Source of the DNA: Sphyrna mokarran
Lineage: Eukaryota
Direction: 5' to 3'
Assembly (NCBI GenBank): GCA_024679065.1
Contig: JAGIQG010000012.1
Span: forward strand, 44,206,001 to 44,270,000
DNA length: 64,000 bases
The position numbers and the translations under genes are program-made. Positions 51,633 through 64,000 of this stretch are shown here, piece after piece (position 1 is the first letter of the stretch; every line of letters starts with the position of its first letter). The notes under the pieces are model-generated. The model saw only the letters and a list, made by a program, of their open reading frames with translations, did not search any database and was not told the origin of the DNA.

Positions 51633-53235
51633 CTATAGGTTAGATTTGATAGTAACATTTTAAGAAGTTGTTTAGAATAAGGTTTTTTTTTAAAAAAAAA
51701 CAGTACCTCAGTCTTTAGAGTCACCTTTGCATTAACTTTTCAATATATAGCTTCCCTCTTATGTATTTGATGCAGTTCTTGAATGTGCCAAAGAGAAGGG
51801 AATTAATTTGTCTACTTTATGCAAAAAATAGAAAAACTACATCTTGAAAACTACATTGCAGTACAAAGCTGTAACACAAGTTAATGCTTCAATTTAAGTT
51901 AAATGCAAGTACAAATCTTCTGACAGCCAGATAGTGAAAGAATCATGTCAATTTTTTACTTAATACTAAATTTATTTACAGAATTCAATGTTGCAAATGT
52001 CTACCTTCTCTCTAAACAACTGTCTCCCAGAAGTCTTTCTTTATATCTACTCAATGTACTCAACGCCCTCCACTTGTATATCCTTAACAATACAATTAAT
52101 TAACATTGTAATCACAAGCTTTGAAAACAATAATGGATAATGTTACCAATATTTTGGGCCTTCCACCACTTATTGATGCACACCATTGGGATAGTAGATT
52201 ACCAAGATTATGACTTTGAAAAATGTCAGACCTTCATGCTTGCCGCTTATAACATGATAATCAATAATGATCTGGACAATGCAATGTGAAATCTCTGAAT
52301 GTCAAGAAATCAAATTCAAATCAGTTTTGTAGGATTGAGTGGAAGTTAGTATCAGACATTGCTGGTCTCTTTTGTTTGGACCTTTTGGAGGAATGTGTTA
52401 GTGGGAAAGGCATTAAGAATTTCATGCAGAAGAAAAATCCTTGAACGTGATATTTAACCTGTGATCTTTGTATTAGGTATAGTTCTATATGGATCTCCAA
52501 ACTGACCAGGAATAACTTTAAACAGTATTTTAAGCCAACTCTCAAAGTAATTAGTAAAATATGGGGCAAAAGAATGAGCATGGGCAATAATTACATGTTG
52601 AAAGATCCTGAAAAACCTAGGTATTTTTTCTTTTTGAATTTAAAATGCTGCAAATGTTTTAGCCTCAAAATATTTACCACTCTGTTGTGACTGCTTTTTT
52701 TCCTGGGAGAGCTGGAGTGGTGAGTATGACAGGGAAATGGGATTTAAATACTTAACAGTTCTTTTGTAAATGCTGATTAGTTTCCAACAGTCACCATTCA
52801 ACTGGTCTTTAGGTAGCCCACATTGTAAAGTGAAAAATGGAAATTGTTAATTTTAATGTTAAAATCATTTTTCAGAAATGCATATTTTGCAGAATTACTG
52901 AGCTACATGTGATGGTAGTAAGTATAGGACAACAAATTATTTGAATAATTTTTTCATAACAATGCATAATTACATTTCTACCATGTCAGCTTAAAGAATC
53001 CTGCTGCTTTAATAAAGGCCAAAATTTGAGATTGTAAAAGGGCAATCAAAATTCCTCAAGAGTGACTTCTCTAGCAAATCAAGACTCCAACATCAGATAA
53101 CGAAGCAACAATAGTAACAAGTCACTCCTAGTAAAGTAGGACATAATTATCTGCAGAAAGTGTAGAATGGTCAGAGTTATTAAACCTCAGGGTTTACAAA
53201 AAGAACAGAACCTCATTTTGTTGATTTTGTCTTAC

Positions 53236-53438
53236 CTTTCATCAATTGAGTCAACTTTTTCCTGGATTTTTTCAGAATAAATATTGCCATCGCTGACTAG
53301 TCTCCTGCCTGTCTCCACCACTCCATTGATCTTATCTTCATTTGCATCCATGGTAGTCATAAAGTCTTCCTGCTTTTTAATGGCAGCTTCAGCAGCCTCC
53401 AATGTGGTGGGCATTTCAGTGTGTGCCAACACATATTC
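53236..53438 (-). CDS. SPTBN1: SPTBN1 exon (EYVLAHTEMP...VDSIDER)
   Basis: 203 nt, phase 0-2. Confidence 0.95.
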
Positions 53439-53884
53439 CTATATTTCAACAAATCAATGAATTGTTAGTCAGCTTTGTACAGCCATTTGTAATCAGGGAA
53501 CAAAAACACTGATTGCATACAAAATGACTAATTCCACCTTCAACTTAATTCATGCTCAGAACAAGATTTTTTGAGAGACGGTTTGGATTGAGTCCAGTAT
53601 TTCCCAAGCTCTCTCTTTATATAACTCTATTTTGCTTCCCTAATTTTGATTTTCATTTATCACTAACAGCATTACGAGTGAATCAACACAGCTCGACTGC
53701 TGCAGTTCAAGAAGACAGCTTATCACCACCCTCTCAAAGGCAATTAGGGATGGGCAACAAATATTGGCCTTGCCAGCAACATTCACATTCCATGAAAGAA
53801 CAAAAAAAGTTGACCTATCTCACTGTTTATATCTCCTCAACTAAGACTTTTTTTTGTTTCAAAAAGTGGGCCAACAGAATCATA

Positions 53885-54845
53885 GGTCATGATTCTCCCA
53901 AAAGTGCTGATTTGGTGGGAAATCGTTCTAGATCTCGACTGTTTTGTCAATTCAGCTTCTGACCCAAATCTCCCCACCCTGTGCTCTGCAGAGATCCTAG
54001 TCATGAAATCATTAAAAACTTGAGGGTGTGTTATTTGCACCAGAGTCTGACAGTTCTGGAACTCTGTTAAGCACAGTGGCTCCAATCTGTCAGACTCCCC
54101 ATTTGCTAACCAGCTTGATCACTGGCCAGCCTGGGACCCCCATAGTGCTGCCCTTCCAGCCCCCCCTACCCCACCACCAATGGCCTGATCATGGCCCCCA
54201 CAACAATTTTCGTGCCAGCCCTGAACCACACCTCCCTCCCCACTCCGGAGTGCCCAATGTACAGTGTCCGCACCCCCGCCCCTCCCCCCAGTTGCAGCCT
54301 TCCCTCCATCCAAACTGATCCTGTCAATAGTGACAGTGGGACCCCTCCACTCCCACTGATTGCCCCTAAGCCCCACCTATAATAGGCACTGCCCTATGCC
54401 TGGTGAGCAGTGCGAAGATGCTCTGTGGGCACTTGCCCTTTGGGTAGTGCCAGGACATAGGCTGGCACTGCCAAGTGCCCACATCCAGGGTTCATCATTC
54501 CTGCCTCCTGACTCCAAGGGCCCCCAAGTGCCCCTCCCTCATTCTGGTAGAGTCTCCTTCTAGTTCCCTGAGCATTGAATGAAGTACTCCTGACATGGTG
54601 GAAGATTCAATTGGGACCAGTAAATTCTTGATAATTTGATTTAAGTGACATTTCCAACTTGGTAAAAGAAATTCAAATTACTTAGCTGCCTTCCCACCAG
54701 TTTACAACGTGGTCTGTCCTGGGATTGCTCTCCAGCTCTGGGAGATGCATGTATATTCCTGGCGTATGCGCAAATCCCGGAACAAGGCTGGTGGCGCGCA
54801 TCTCCCACCCCCACGATGGGGGCTCACAACCATCGTTTCCATCAG
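53885..54845. mobile_element. GC-rich MITE-like / non-autonomous element remnant
   Basis: C-rich island similar in style to 31279-32014; its ORFs are low-complexity. Confidence 0.5.
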
Positions 54846-54993
54846 ATTTAAATAAAATAATGAACTGAAATAAAATCTTATAAAAATGGTGGAAGCAACA
54901 TGCTAGGTTAGTACTCAAAAATTCCCAAAGGTTCCAGATTATAAGATCCCACTGAAAGTCAAAATTAAATACAAGACTCCGTGCTTAGCTTAC

Positions 54994-55750
54994 CTGGTTG
55001 TTAAGGAATCCTTCTGCCTGTTTTGTATCTCTTAAGAAAAGTTGATATGAATGAGATTGGGATAGGTGATTCTGTCTATTCTCCCACATTTTGTGCAGCT
55101 CATTCCATCCAGTATCCAAAGCCTGCAGACGCTGACGAAGGAACATATATTGTGCATCCGTTTGTCCCTGTGTTACCATTTCACCCATGTCACGCATTTT
55201 CTGATAGTCTTCTTCATAATTATTAATTTCGTTTTTGATGTTTTCATGCTGGGTAAGCAGCTTCTCTCCTTCTGCCAGAGTATTGGGCATATCTTCAGAA
55301 GCAATAGCAGTTTGGGTTTTTGAAAGCCAGGACTGGAAGTCATCCAAATCACGCAGGAATTGCTGAAGCTTGTTTGCTTCACCAAGTGATTCCTCACGGT
55401 TCTTCAAAGTAGACTTCATTTCTTCCCAGACATCATTTATTTCTGCAAGACGGCTCATAATAGCATGTGCCTGGTCAGGATGTTCAGCAGCAAGTCTTTC
55501 AGCTTCTTTCTGCAGGTCATCTAGTTTAGCTTCAATAGCTGTCAAATCACGTTCCATTCCAGTTAATTTCCTTTGGAGGGCCATGACACCAGCAAGATCA
55601 TTGCCTAGATCTTGCGTGGATTCAATGACTTTGGTCTTTTCCCTAATCCAAGATTTTGTTTCATTGCATTCAAGGTGATAGTTCTGAATACTGAGTGCAG
55701 AATTGAGTGCATCTTTCTTTTGGTCCACTAGTTGACGGAATTGACTCCAT
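54994..55750 (-). CDS. SPTBN1: SPTBN1 exon (WSQFRQLVDQKK...EGFLNNQ)
   Basis: 757 nt, phase 2-0, within ORF 54985-55818. Confidence 0.96.
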
Positions 55751-56810
55751 CTGGAATTAAAGTAACAAATGGAATCATAGGTAAAGATAACATTGTGACA
55801 TTCTGCTCTGAGAGGCAAACCATAAGTATTATTTTAAATGCCTTCCCCATCATCCAGATTCCTGTCAGGCAGGGGCAGTTAAAACTAAGAGGCAGCATGT
55901 CTGTGTGCCTTAGCCTCTCTATAAATGATGCACTCCGCTATAAACTAAAAACATCACTTGAATGAGGAACAAAGTGTACATTTGGCTTCACAGTTTTAAA
56001 TCCGATCTTGAATGTAGAAAACAAGTACAGGTCACATTATCTGGCACAGTGTAAGCAGCAATCAGTGAATACAGATGTAGTGGCAAGTTAACAAACACAA
56101 AGAATATTTAGCCTTTGATTTGCTGAAATTATTCCAGAGTCGAAGTACTGACAAACAGGTTCATGCCATCATGTAAAGTAGGACAAAATTCAATAGATCT
56201 GCACTGGCACTTTTTGACCACTATTAGAATGATATCTTGGTATAGAAATGTGCTCTAACTCTGACTGAGAACTGCAAGAAATGTAAAATATCAATGCAGT
56301 TTAGTCTTAAACAAACTTTGCAATGTAATCAAACGAGATGGAAATCTAAATGCACTTCTATATTAGCAAAATTAAAATGAGTTCACATTGCTATAAAAAG
56401 TGCTCAAGTGGTGAAAAAGGTTTTTTTTTTAACCAATGTATGATCCAGTGAGCAATCTAGCAAACTTAACCAGCAGTAGCTTGAAATTATCTGGCAGCAA
56501 ATAAATTCAATGTGGTGAGTACCCAATACTAAATGTAGTTAGGAAGTCAGGATCCAATGGATGGTACAATCTGATGACAACCTCCCAGCTGAATGGTAGT
56601 CAAAAAAGGCAGGTTTTCTTTTAATGTGCTCAAGTAGCAAGGATGCTATTACAGGAGTTAGGTACCAAGATTCGTAAAACATCGTAATCATGCATAAAAA
56701 TTAGACATTGATTTGATGCTCAATACAAAAACACAGTCTTTTCCACAAGATCTCTCAATCAAATTCTATTTTATTGGCCAGGATATTTTTCCTTTCTGTG
56801 ACAGATGTAC

Positions 56811-56948
56811 CTTGTATTTAGCTTATCTTGCTGTGCTTTGATCTCCTTTTCACTAGGATGCCCGCTGTGGATCAACTGACGAGCTATCTGGTTCACCACT
56901 GCAATACGAGAAGCCTGGTTGTTCATTTCTGGCTCCAGACTTTCAAAC
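56811..56948 (-). CDS. SPTBN1: SPTBN1 exon (FESLEPEMNNQ...QDKLNTR)
   Basis: 138 nt, phase 2-2. Confidence 0.95.
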
Positions 56949-57509
56949 CTGGCGAGAAAATACAAAATTTAAATGCAGATAAATCAAAGAGCTGGATTCC
57001 TGGATTGATTCCCTAACTCTTCAAAAACGGAAACATTAAACAGTATCATGGAGATGACTACTGCGAACATTTACAAAACCTAATATTTGGTTACTTTTGT
57101 ATTTTCTAATGTCTTCTACTTCTAACTTTCTTTTTCAATTTATGTTACAGTAAGATGTTATTGATACTTTCAGCTATTTTACACAGTGGACATTCAATAC
57201 ATGTGAGTCGGAACATTAAGCACTAGTAAACTCTTGTGGAGGTATCACTATCTCAGTCTTCAGTCCACACCAAACATGTCATGAAGGCATGCTTCAGCAT
57301 ACATCAGTGAGTATTCATTAGGAGCAGAAATTCTGGCTGATTTTTTTAATTCTCAAGCCCAAGGATAGGTAGACAAATTATAGTTTTCACCGAAGATCAC
57401 ATAGTGATCAGATAACTCAGTCCAGGCAAAGGATCCACACGTATTTGATAGTTCAGAAACACAAAACAACTGCTGTGCTTTTAACTTCTGAGCTATTGAG
57501 GATGATTAT

Positions 57510-57630
57510 TCTGATAAAAGGTCAACCACCTGAAATGGTAATTATTTCTCTCTCCACTGATGCTGCCACTCAATGTTTCCCAGCATTTCCTGTTTTTATT
57601 TCATATTTCCAACATCCATGATGTTTTTTA
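57510..57630 (+). mobile_element. Degenerate Penelope-derived repeat with a dead hammerhead core
   Basis: ctgataaaaggtcaaccacctgaaa followed by tctctctccac..gatgctgcc...tttttatttca. Confidence 0.55.
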
Positions 57631-59086
57631 TTTCTAAGCTATCAACCTTGCTCTAATTTAGTCATAATTTCTGACATAACTCAAGATTCTTGACAAAGTT
57701 ATACCATTGTAGACAATGCAGAACTAGTTGTCCATTACAGTTGTATGACACAAGCACTGGAAATAGTGCTATTTAAACATTCAAAGATTCTCATTTAAAA
57801 ACAAAATAAATCTCAATACATATTTATCATGAAAACAAACAATTTTAGTTGCAACACTGAAATCATCAATAAATGCATTTACTCAAAAAAAAGTCTCACA
57901 TTACGTACCTAGGACAGCAATCTATTCTGGAATTGCAAGAGATTTATTAAGACTCTTGCTGCTCCTGAACTTCATTAAATAAACCTATTTTGATGGCAAT
58001 TAAATGACTGGTTTCTTATTTTAAAACATTCATTCATACTTACCTGGATTTTCAGAGTCCAGTGGTGCCATTTAAAAACGGCAGCAGGATCCGATTCCAG
58101 GATTTCGATCCCCACTCATGGAACCCTCAATATCTGTGAGATAATTTCTGTGTTATAATGAATGCTGGCTGGCTCCCATTACAGAGGCATTGGCATCTCC
58201 TAGCCTCTCACAATTTAAGTGGACTTGAGCCAGACTCCCCATAATTTGTGGCTCAAGGATCTCAGAGGAGTTGTGAATTGTAGTTTGGATTCAGAAATGT
58301 TTTGAAAAGCAAGTTCAAAAGGTCTGGCCTATGCTCACTTTTCATGCCATCTGTGTCAAAACCAGTCCCCCATCAGCCTCAGATACCTTCCGTGCCAAGT
58401 CACCATTTTGTTCCCCTCAAGAAACGTGAATAAGTTCTTTTCACATATCATTGTTACTATAGGATTCATCAGTTCTATTCAGATTGCATGGACATGGAAA
58501 GTCCATGAGTTGACATGGGATTATAAGGGGTAATGAGTGAGGGGAGACTAGTTGGCATGGAGACTAGATGGGGAATGATAGTGTAGGAGGTAGGATGGTC
58601 TAAAATGTAAGCAAACAACTAGACTGAAACAGGCCTATAATCAATTCACCCTAGACACCTCCCATCTGTTCCTGGGGAAAAACTGGCCCAACAATGTTCT
58701 GCACTTGCTCCCCTGCAGTGACGGTCATGCTATAAACAGCACATTCTACTGAGTCTGGTGTGGTGAAATGGAAATTGCCTGATTCAAGCTACCCACTTCA
58801 GTAGTGAAAATCATACTTATGAGAAAGTATTGTTCCATTAATCACTCGCTTGTAAAAACCTTTAAAATCTTCTTGAATTGTGTTCCTGTCTTGTTTTACA
58901 CACTAATAGTTGCATAATCAGCATTACAGCTCTTAAGATACTGAATTTTTGACCAAATTTTAAATTCTTATTAAGATTACTAATCTCTGACCTAGAATGT
59001 TTGGTCTCCATTCTGTCTTTTTCAATCACAGCTTGTATAATGCAGGCCTTTTTTATATTTTATAATCGTAACATCTTATTCCTTAC

Positions 59087-59957
59087 CTATGTTGGATAAC
59101 CTCTAGATCTTCTAATTTTTCCGGGATCTCCATGTTGTTCAGCCATTGCTCCTTTTCATCAATCCATAATTCACAAGCATCTGCCTCACTGAACATCTTG
59201 TACTGCGACAGTGCATCCTGGAGAGCTTGTTTACGAAGCCGTGCCAGTTCTGTTAACTCCTTGTAACGTTCCTCAATATCAGTCAATCGACCTTCTATTT
59301 CTGGTGACTTATAATATTCATCAGGCAAACTTTGTCCCTGTTCATGTAGTGCATCAATGATTTGTCTGTAGCTAGCAATTTCCTCACCAACATCTTTGTG
59401 TTTCTTCACTAAGGCTTGAGTGGAGTATTCATCGTGGCCAACGTCATTACTGGAGACAATCCTCAGAATATCTAGCATCCACACATCAATATCATCACCA
59501 TCAGCCTTAAACTGATGAACGTTAGCAGCTTCCTCCAGTCGCTTTTTCTGAACTGCAGACAACTGCTCAAGGTGGGCCCACTGCTCCTGAATGTCCTTAA
59601 TTCTCTCCTTAATCTTCTCTGATCCAAAGTGCTCCTCGGCTACCATTGCTTCACCTTCTTTTATGGTTTGTTGAAGAGGCCCACGTCGTCCACTCATTTC
59701 ATCCTCAAATGCCTTGTGTTTACTGAGAAGACGAATCACGCTAGTCAGATCCTTGCCATAGTCAGCTGATGAAAGTATCTGTTCTTTCTCTCGGATCCAG
59801 CCTTCTTCCTCTGCCATCTCCCAGAAAAACTTCCAGAGGCGCCGTGACTCTTCCAAACGAGCCCTTCGTTCAGCTGCCAGCTGGCAAAGCTCTTGGTAAC
59901 AGAATTCCAAGTGAGTCACACGATCACGAATAACTTGTGGGTCACATGGTTTATAAC
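59087..59957 (-). CDS. SPTBN1: SPTBN1 exon (GYKPCDPQ...LEVIQHR)
   Basis: 871 nt, phase 1-2, within ORF 59083-60021; spectrin repeats. Confidence 0.96.
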
Positions 59958-60552
59958 CTGAAGAGGGAGAAGAGGAGAATGCTTCTTTCAACATGCTTAT
60001 AAGCTTAAAAACAAAATCCAATTCAGTTTAGGTGCAAGCAGTAATACAGAGTCCATATGACAGCAGGAACTTCCACCATTCCTTATGGGTGATATGGTAA
60101 ATAATTGTCCCAGTGCTATCTTGCTGTGTTTTCTTTCAAGAGCTATACATCAAGAACAGATTGAAAATGACAACTGACCTATTCACAGGTTTACATCAAT
60201 TTAATTCTTGACTGGGCAAAAAATGACACACGAAAGTAGCCTGGGATGATTCTCCTTTCCTCCAACTTTCTATTATGTGCAAGTGAGTTGTGCTGCTATG
60301 CTCCCAAATTATACTTTTTTGACATTTTACACTTTTCCCTCACTGCCATCTTGGCTGCAGGCAGTTAAGGCAAATTAGGGATTAACCCCTCTTCTGTGAT
60401 GGATGTCAGTGGCACACCACATATGCCTTTTCCATCAAGAACTAAAATGCCATATCGTTTTTCATCTCCCAGTCTTCCTCCGGGGAACTTCGGCACGTAA
60501 CGCTACCCAAACTGAGATTAGTTAACTCTCAGTTTGGGTTAAACTGAGAGTT

Positions 60553-60576
60553 TAACCTTACCTTAAGGTAAGGTTA
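60553..60576. repeat. Perfect 24-bp palindrome
   Basis: taaccttaccttaaggtaaggtta equals its own reverse complement. Confidence 0.95.
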
Positions 60577-60707
60577 GCTGCTGATAATTTCCTGGTCTAT
60601 ACTGATCATTTAGTCTCAACGTATAGTGTACTTACCCAATAAGCCATAGCACGAGCATCCAAAATAATAGTTCAAGTGCTAAGGGAGAAAAGAAACTTAA
60701 AACTTAC

Positions 60708-60861
60708 CATCGTCTTCAGAAGCAAATTTCTGAGCAGAAGCATTAACAACTTTCACTCTGTCAGCCTGAATAGCAATGTCAGCTTCAACCAATGCATGTT
60801 TCTGTAGGAGATCTTCAACACCAAGTAAATGCTTCCCATAGTCTTGTGATAGCAGTAGAAC
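60708..60861 (-). CDS. SPTBN1: SPTBN1 exon ([22 protein letters not shown]...FASEDD)
   Basis: 154 nt, phase 0-1, donor gtaagt. Confidence 0.95.
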
Positions 60862-61089
60862 CTGTAAGAATTTCAAAAACTTTCATTAAATATTAGAATA
60901 AATGCAACATGAGGAAGCTATTACACCTTGAAGAAGTTAGTAGGAAATAAATATTAAACCATCTATTCTGGTATAAGTGCCATCAAAAATTATTATAAGT
61001 TTTATGGTTTTTAACATATTAGTTACATCCTAAACAAACAGAAGAAATTCCACAGTACATTTATATAACAGAAAAGTTGGTTTCTCTAC

Positions 61090-61392
61090 CTTCATTTCAT
61101 CCATCCAGTCCATAATATATAGCATTTCCTGGAAAATCTTTTGTAAGTTGAGATTCATTTCTAAACGATGACGACGAGCTCGCAGTAATTCCAGTAAATA
61201 TTCCCACAGCCTGTAGACATTCTCTTTCCTTGCTGTGATACGCTTGATGTCATGGTAGTTCTCTGCTTCTAGTTCCTTGGCCACAGCCACCACTGCCTGT
61301 ACACGCTCTTCATATGCAGCAATATCTGTCTCAATAGCTTCATGCTTCTTAGTAGCAGCTTCCACAGCTGGGAGATCAAAACCAAAATTGTC
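61090..61392 (-). CDS. SPTBN1: SPTBN1 exon ([10 protein letters not shown]...MDWMDEMK)
   Basis: 303 nt, AG/GT bounded, within ORF 61030-61401. Confidence 0.95.
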
Positions 61393-62570
61393 CTGTAGCA
61401 CAAGAGTTAGAAGTCATATCAGATGATAGGATTTTCTAAACAATTCAGAAAGACTGGTATTCTAGAGGTGGGGAGGTAATACAGGCGCTGCAAACAAAAT
61501 ACACATTTATTTTCAGAATCCTACTGCTAAAGGATACTAAAAAGACGTAGAAACTTGAGCTTTCAATACTTTAAGTAGCTATACGAACATCACACTACAG
61601 TACTTAAAACTCAATTTTCAATTTGCTGCTTCAGGAAAGGGTGTGGTTGAACACAAGATGTCCTCAATCTTCCCTGGATAACAGAGATCTTCGGTAATTT
61701 AGGGATGAGGGATAAAGGTTGAACACAACATTTCTTCAAACTTCCTCCTCCCCCACGAAAGTGTGAATTTCCTTGCCACAACTCACCAATCAATAGTCAA
61801 GATAATAAGCAGTTGCCTTGTCAGAGCATCTACCAATGACAGTATGTAATTCAGTAATAGGGCAGTCTAACTCAACACCATGGCCTGGGCAGATTTAACC
61901 AGAAACTTTGTACCATAGTAAGGCAGCTCATTTCTGGGATCAGGAATTCACCACGATGATGTATGTGTATTTTTATATTAGCATGGAAGTTCTGGAAGAG
62001 GGGCATTGAACATTAAATCCACAACCTCAGCTCCTCTCACTTTAGTGTACTAACATATTGCTGATGCCTGTTTGAGGGTAAATATTGACAATTTTAATAT
62101 TTTGCACTAAATTTGGTGGCTGAAAGATCTTGAAGTGCTGGAAGCATCTGACGCTGCCTCCTTTACAACTGCCATTGCAGCACTGGCTGTGTATTTGTTC
62201 CAAGTGCAATATCAATGTTAAAGTCTGCACTCTGTCTGTTTTCATACTTGTACTCATACGTAACTGTCTCCAGTTGCACTGAAGTTTTGTTAAACATAAC
62301 TAATGATTATTTCAATATAAGCAAATCAGTAAGCTCTTCATACTTTCAAAAATTATACTGTGTACGAGCAGCTGTATGAAATCATTATATGAATTGGAAA
62401 GACAATATCAGCCTTGCAGAGTTCACCTTCATCCTTTTTTGCATTACTGTAGTCTTGAATTCTCAGGAATATGAAAAGTACATGATATCTCGATAATTTC
62501 ACATAGAAAATCAGTTGATATAAAACTAAAATATTTTTCCTAGTCATTGAAAAATTAGCTGAAGCTTTAC

Positions 62571-62729
62571 CTGAGAAACAAGCCGCTGGTTCTCACTTAG
62601 CCAGGTTTCTCTCATAGCAGCTTTACGGTCAAATCGACGTGCAAGTTGTTCCAGCTTCTCTTGTCTGATCAGCTCAGTTCTTAATGCCAGTTCTCGCTCA
62701 TGTTCAGCCTTTTCCAGTCGTTCCCAGGC
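62571..62729 (-). CDS. SPTBN1: SPTBN1 exon ([10 protein letters not shown]...ENQRLVSQ), repeat 1/2
   Basis: 159 nt, cag|GCC to CAG|gtaaag, phase 0-0; absent from the ORF track and translated by hand. Confidence 0.95.
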
Positions 62730-63145
62730 CTGTGAAATTGGTATTCAGTAATTTGGTTACATGTTCATGAATTAATTGCTCACTGAAGTGTATTAAAATC
62801 AAAAATTAATTATATCTATGTTTTTCCATTAAAATTTAGATTGCCTATAATAAGTAAGAGATTGAAAGTGGAAAATAGTTGAAGCTTTTGTTAATTTTTA
62901 ACCCAGCCATGTGGGGGCAGATTCTGAACATCAACAAACTGCAGTTGCAAGAAGCTATAGAAACAAATGTCAAAAGGAGAGTCAGAAGTGTGTCCAAATC
63001 GTCATCAATACTGAAATTCTACAAGATATACAAATACTGCTAGGACTCTGTATAACAGGATCTGTTTAGGGAAAAGGACGAAAATTTCATGTCTCTGTAG
63101 GAAAATTATTGGGGTGGAGTTAATCAGTAAAATGTGAAAGGGAAA

Positions 63146-63373
63146 GCATGATGCTTAGGGGAAGTGATTCTGGGCAAGTTTTCTTTCAGTCTCCTGTGGC
63201 TGCTCAGTGAGTCATATTTTATTAAAGAAGCAAAATTAAAAATCACTTTTTCACCCAAGGTAGCGCATGGTGCTTAGAGGAAGTGGTTCTATGCAAATCT
63301 TCTTTCGGTCTCCTGTGGCTAGTCAGTGAGTCACATTTTATTAAAGAAGCCAAATTAAAAATCACTTTTTCAC
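63146..63373 (+). repeat. Tandem duplication, period 119 bp
   Basis: 63146-63254 versus 63265-63373. Confidence 0.9.
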
Positions 63374-64000
63374 TCGGGTAGTGCATATATACAACATTCT
63401 CTCCAAAAAAGACTTAGTGCTGGGTCAACTGAAATTTTTAAGGCTGAGACTGAGAAATGCATTAGGTTTCAAGAGGAACATGGATCAAAGGTGGGTCTGC
63501 TATGATTTAACTGAATAACAAAACATGTTCAAGGCTCCAGTGGCTTACACCTTGATTGAATTGGTAAAAGTTATTGCTAATTTTCGATGCTTTAACTGTA
63601 TTTTTAAGTAAGTCTTGTTTGATAAAAGCTCCCTGGTGGGTCATTTGAATCATACATGGAGTGAAACATCTTATAGTTACTCTCGCCAAAATTCAAAGTG
63701 TAAAACTTATAGTCCAGACTATCTTCATAAAACGTTTGACCTGGGTTATAACTTCCTAGATGTTAAACTAAGTAGCATTAGAGGCAATTACTGTGATTTT
63801 ACCACCTCGCCCGCCTGAGGCTCATAAGATCCTGCCCGAGTTCAACGGAGAATGCTGTTCTGCGAGCCTCGCCACCCGATTGAAAATTACTTTATTTAAT
63901 TACTGGGTTGAAACCACTGGTTGAGTTTTAAAAGACCAAACAACAGCATTTCAGTAACTTAAAACAGCAGTTTCTATGATGGTAGAACATTACTATAGCT

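Noticed and set aside
54028-54563. Overlapping Pro/Gly-rich ORFs
   Set aside because: GC-rich repeat interior with few stops in any frame.
55023-55678. Plus-strand ORFs overlapping spectrin exons (also 17547, 22296, 38054)
   Set aside because: Antisense shadows of the coding exons.

Overview
This is AT-rich vertebrate genomic DNA. The tRNA-headed V-SINEs, CR1 LINEs and Penelope-type repeats point to a cartilaginous fish (shark-like). About 16.45-62.73 kb on the minus strand holds the 3' three-quarters of a beta-II spectrin gene (SPTBN1). I reconstructed 26 phase-consistent GT-AG coding exons, from spectrin repeat 1/2 to the PH domain, with the stop at 17567; the 5' exons lie beyond the right edge. 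Read-through of one donor encodes the conserved 28-aa short C-terminus (betaII-Sigma2-like). The left ~16 kb is intergenic and transposon-rich, with a fossil Gypsy element invaded by a CR1 LINE and SINEs, a ~590-bp composite element in two inverted copies, and a Penelope-type minimal hammerhead ribozyme. I see no proven new system. The best leads are a largely repeat-free, UGCAUG-rich stretch of the isoform-deciding intron with phase-compatible cryptic micro-exons (possibly a PH-only mini-spectrin or a third C-terminus), and the CR1/V-SINE composite element. Family assignments come from remembered motifs, not database searches.
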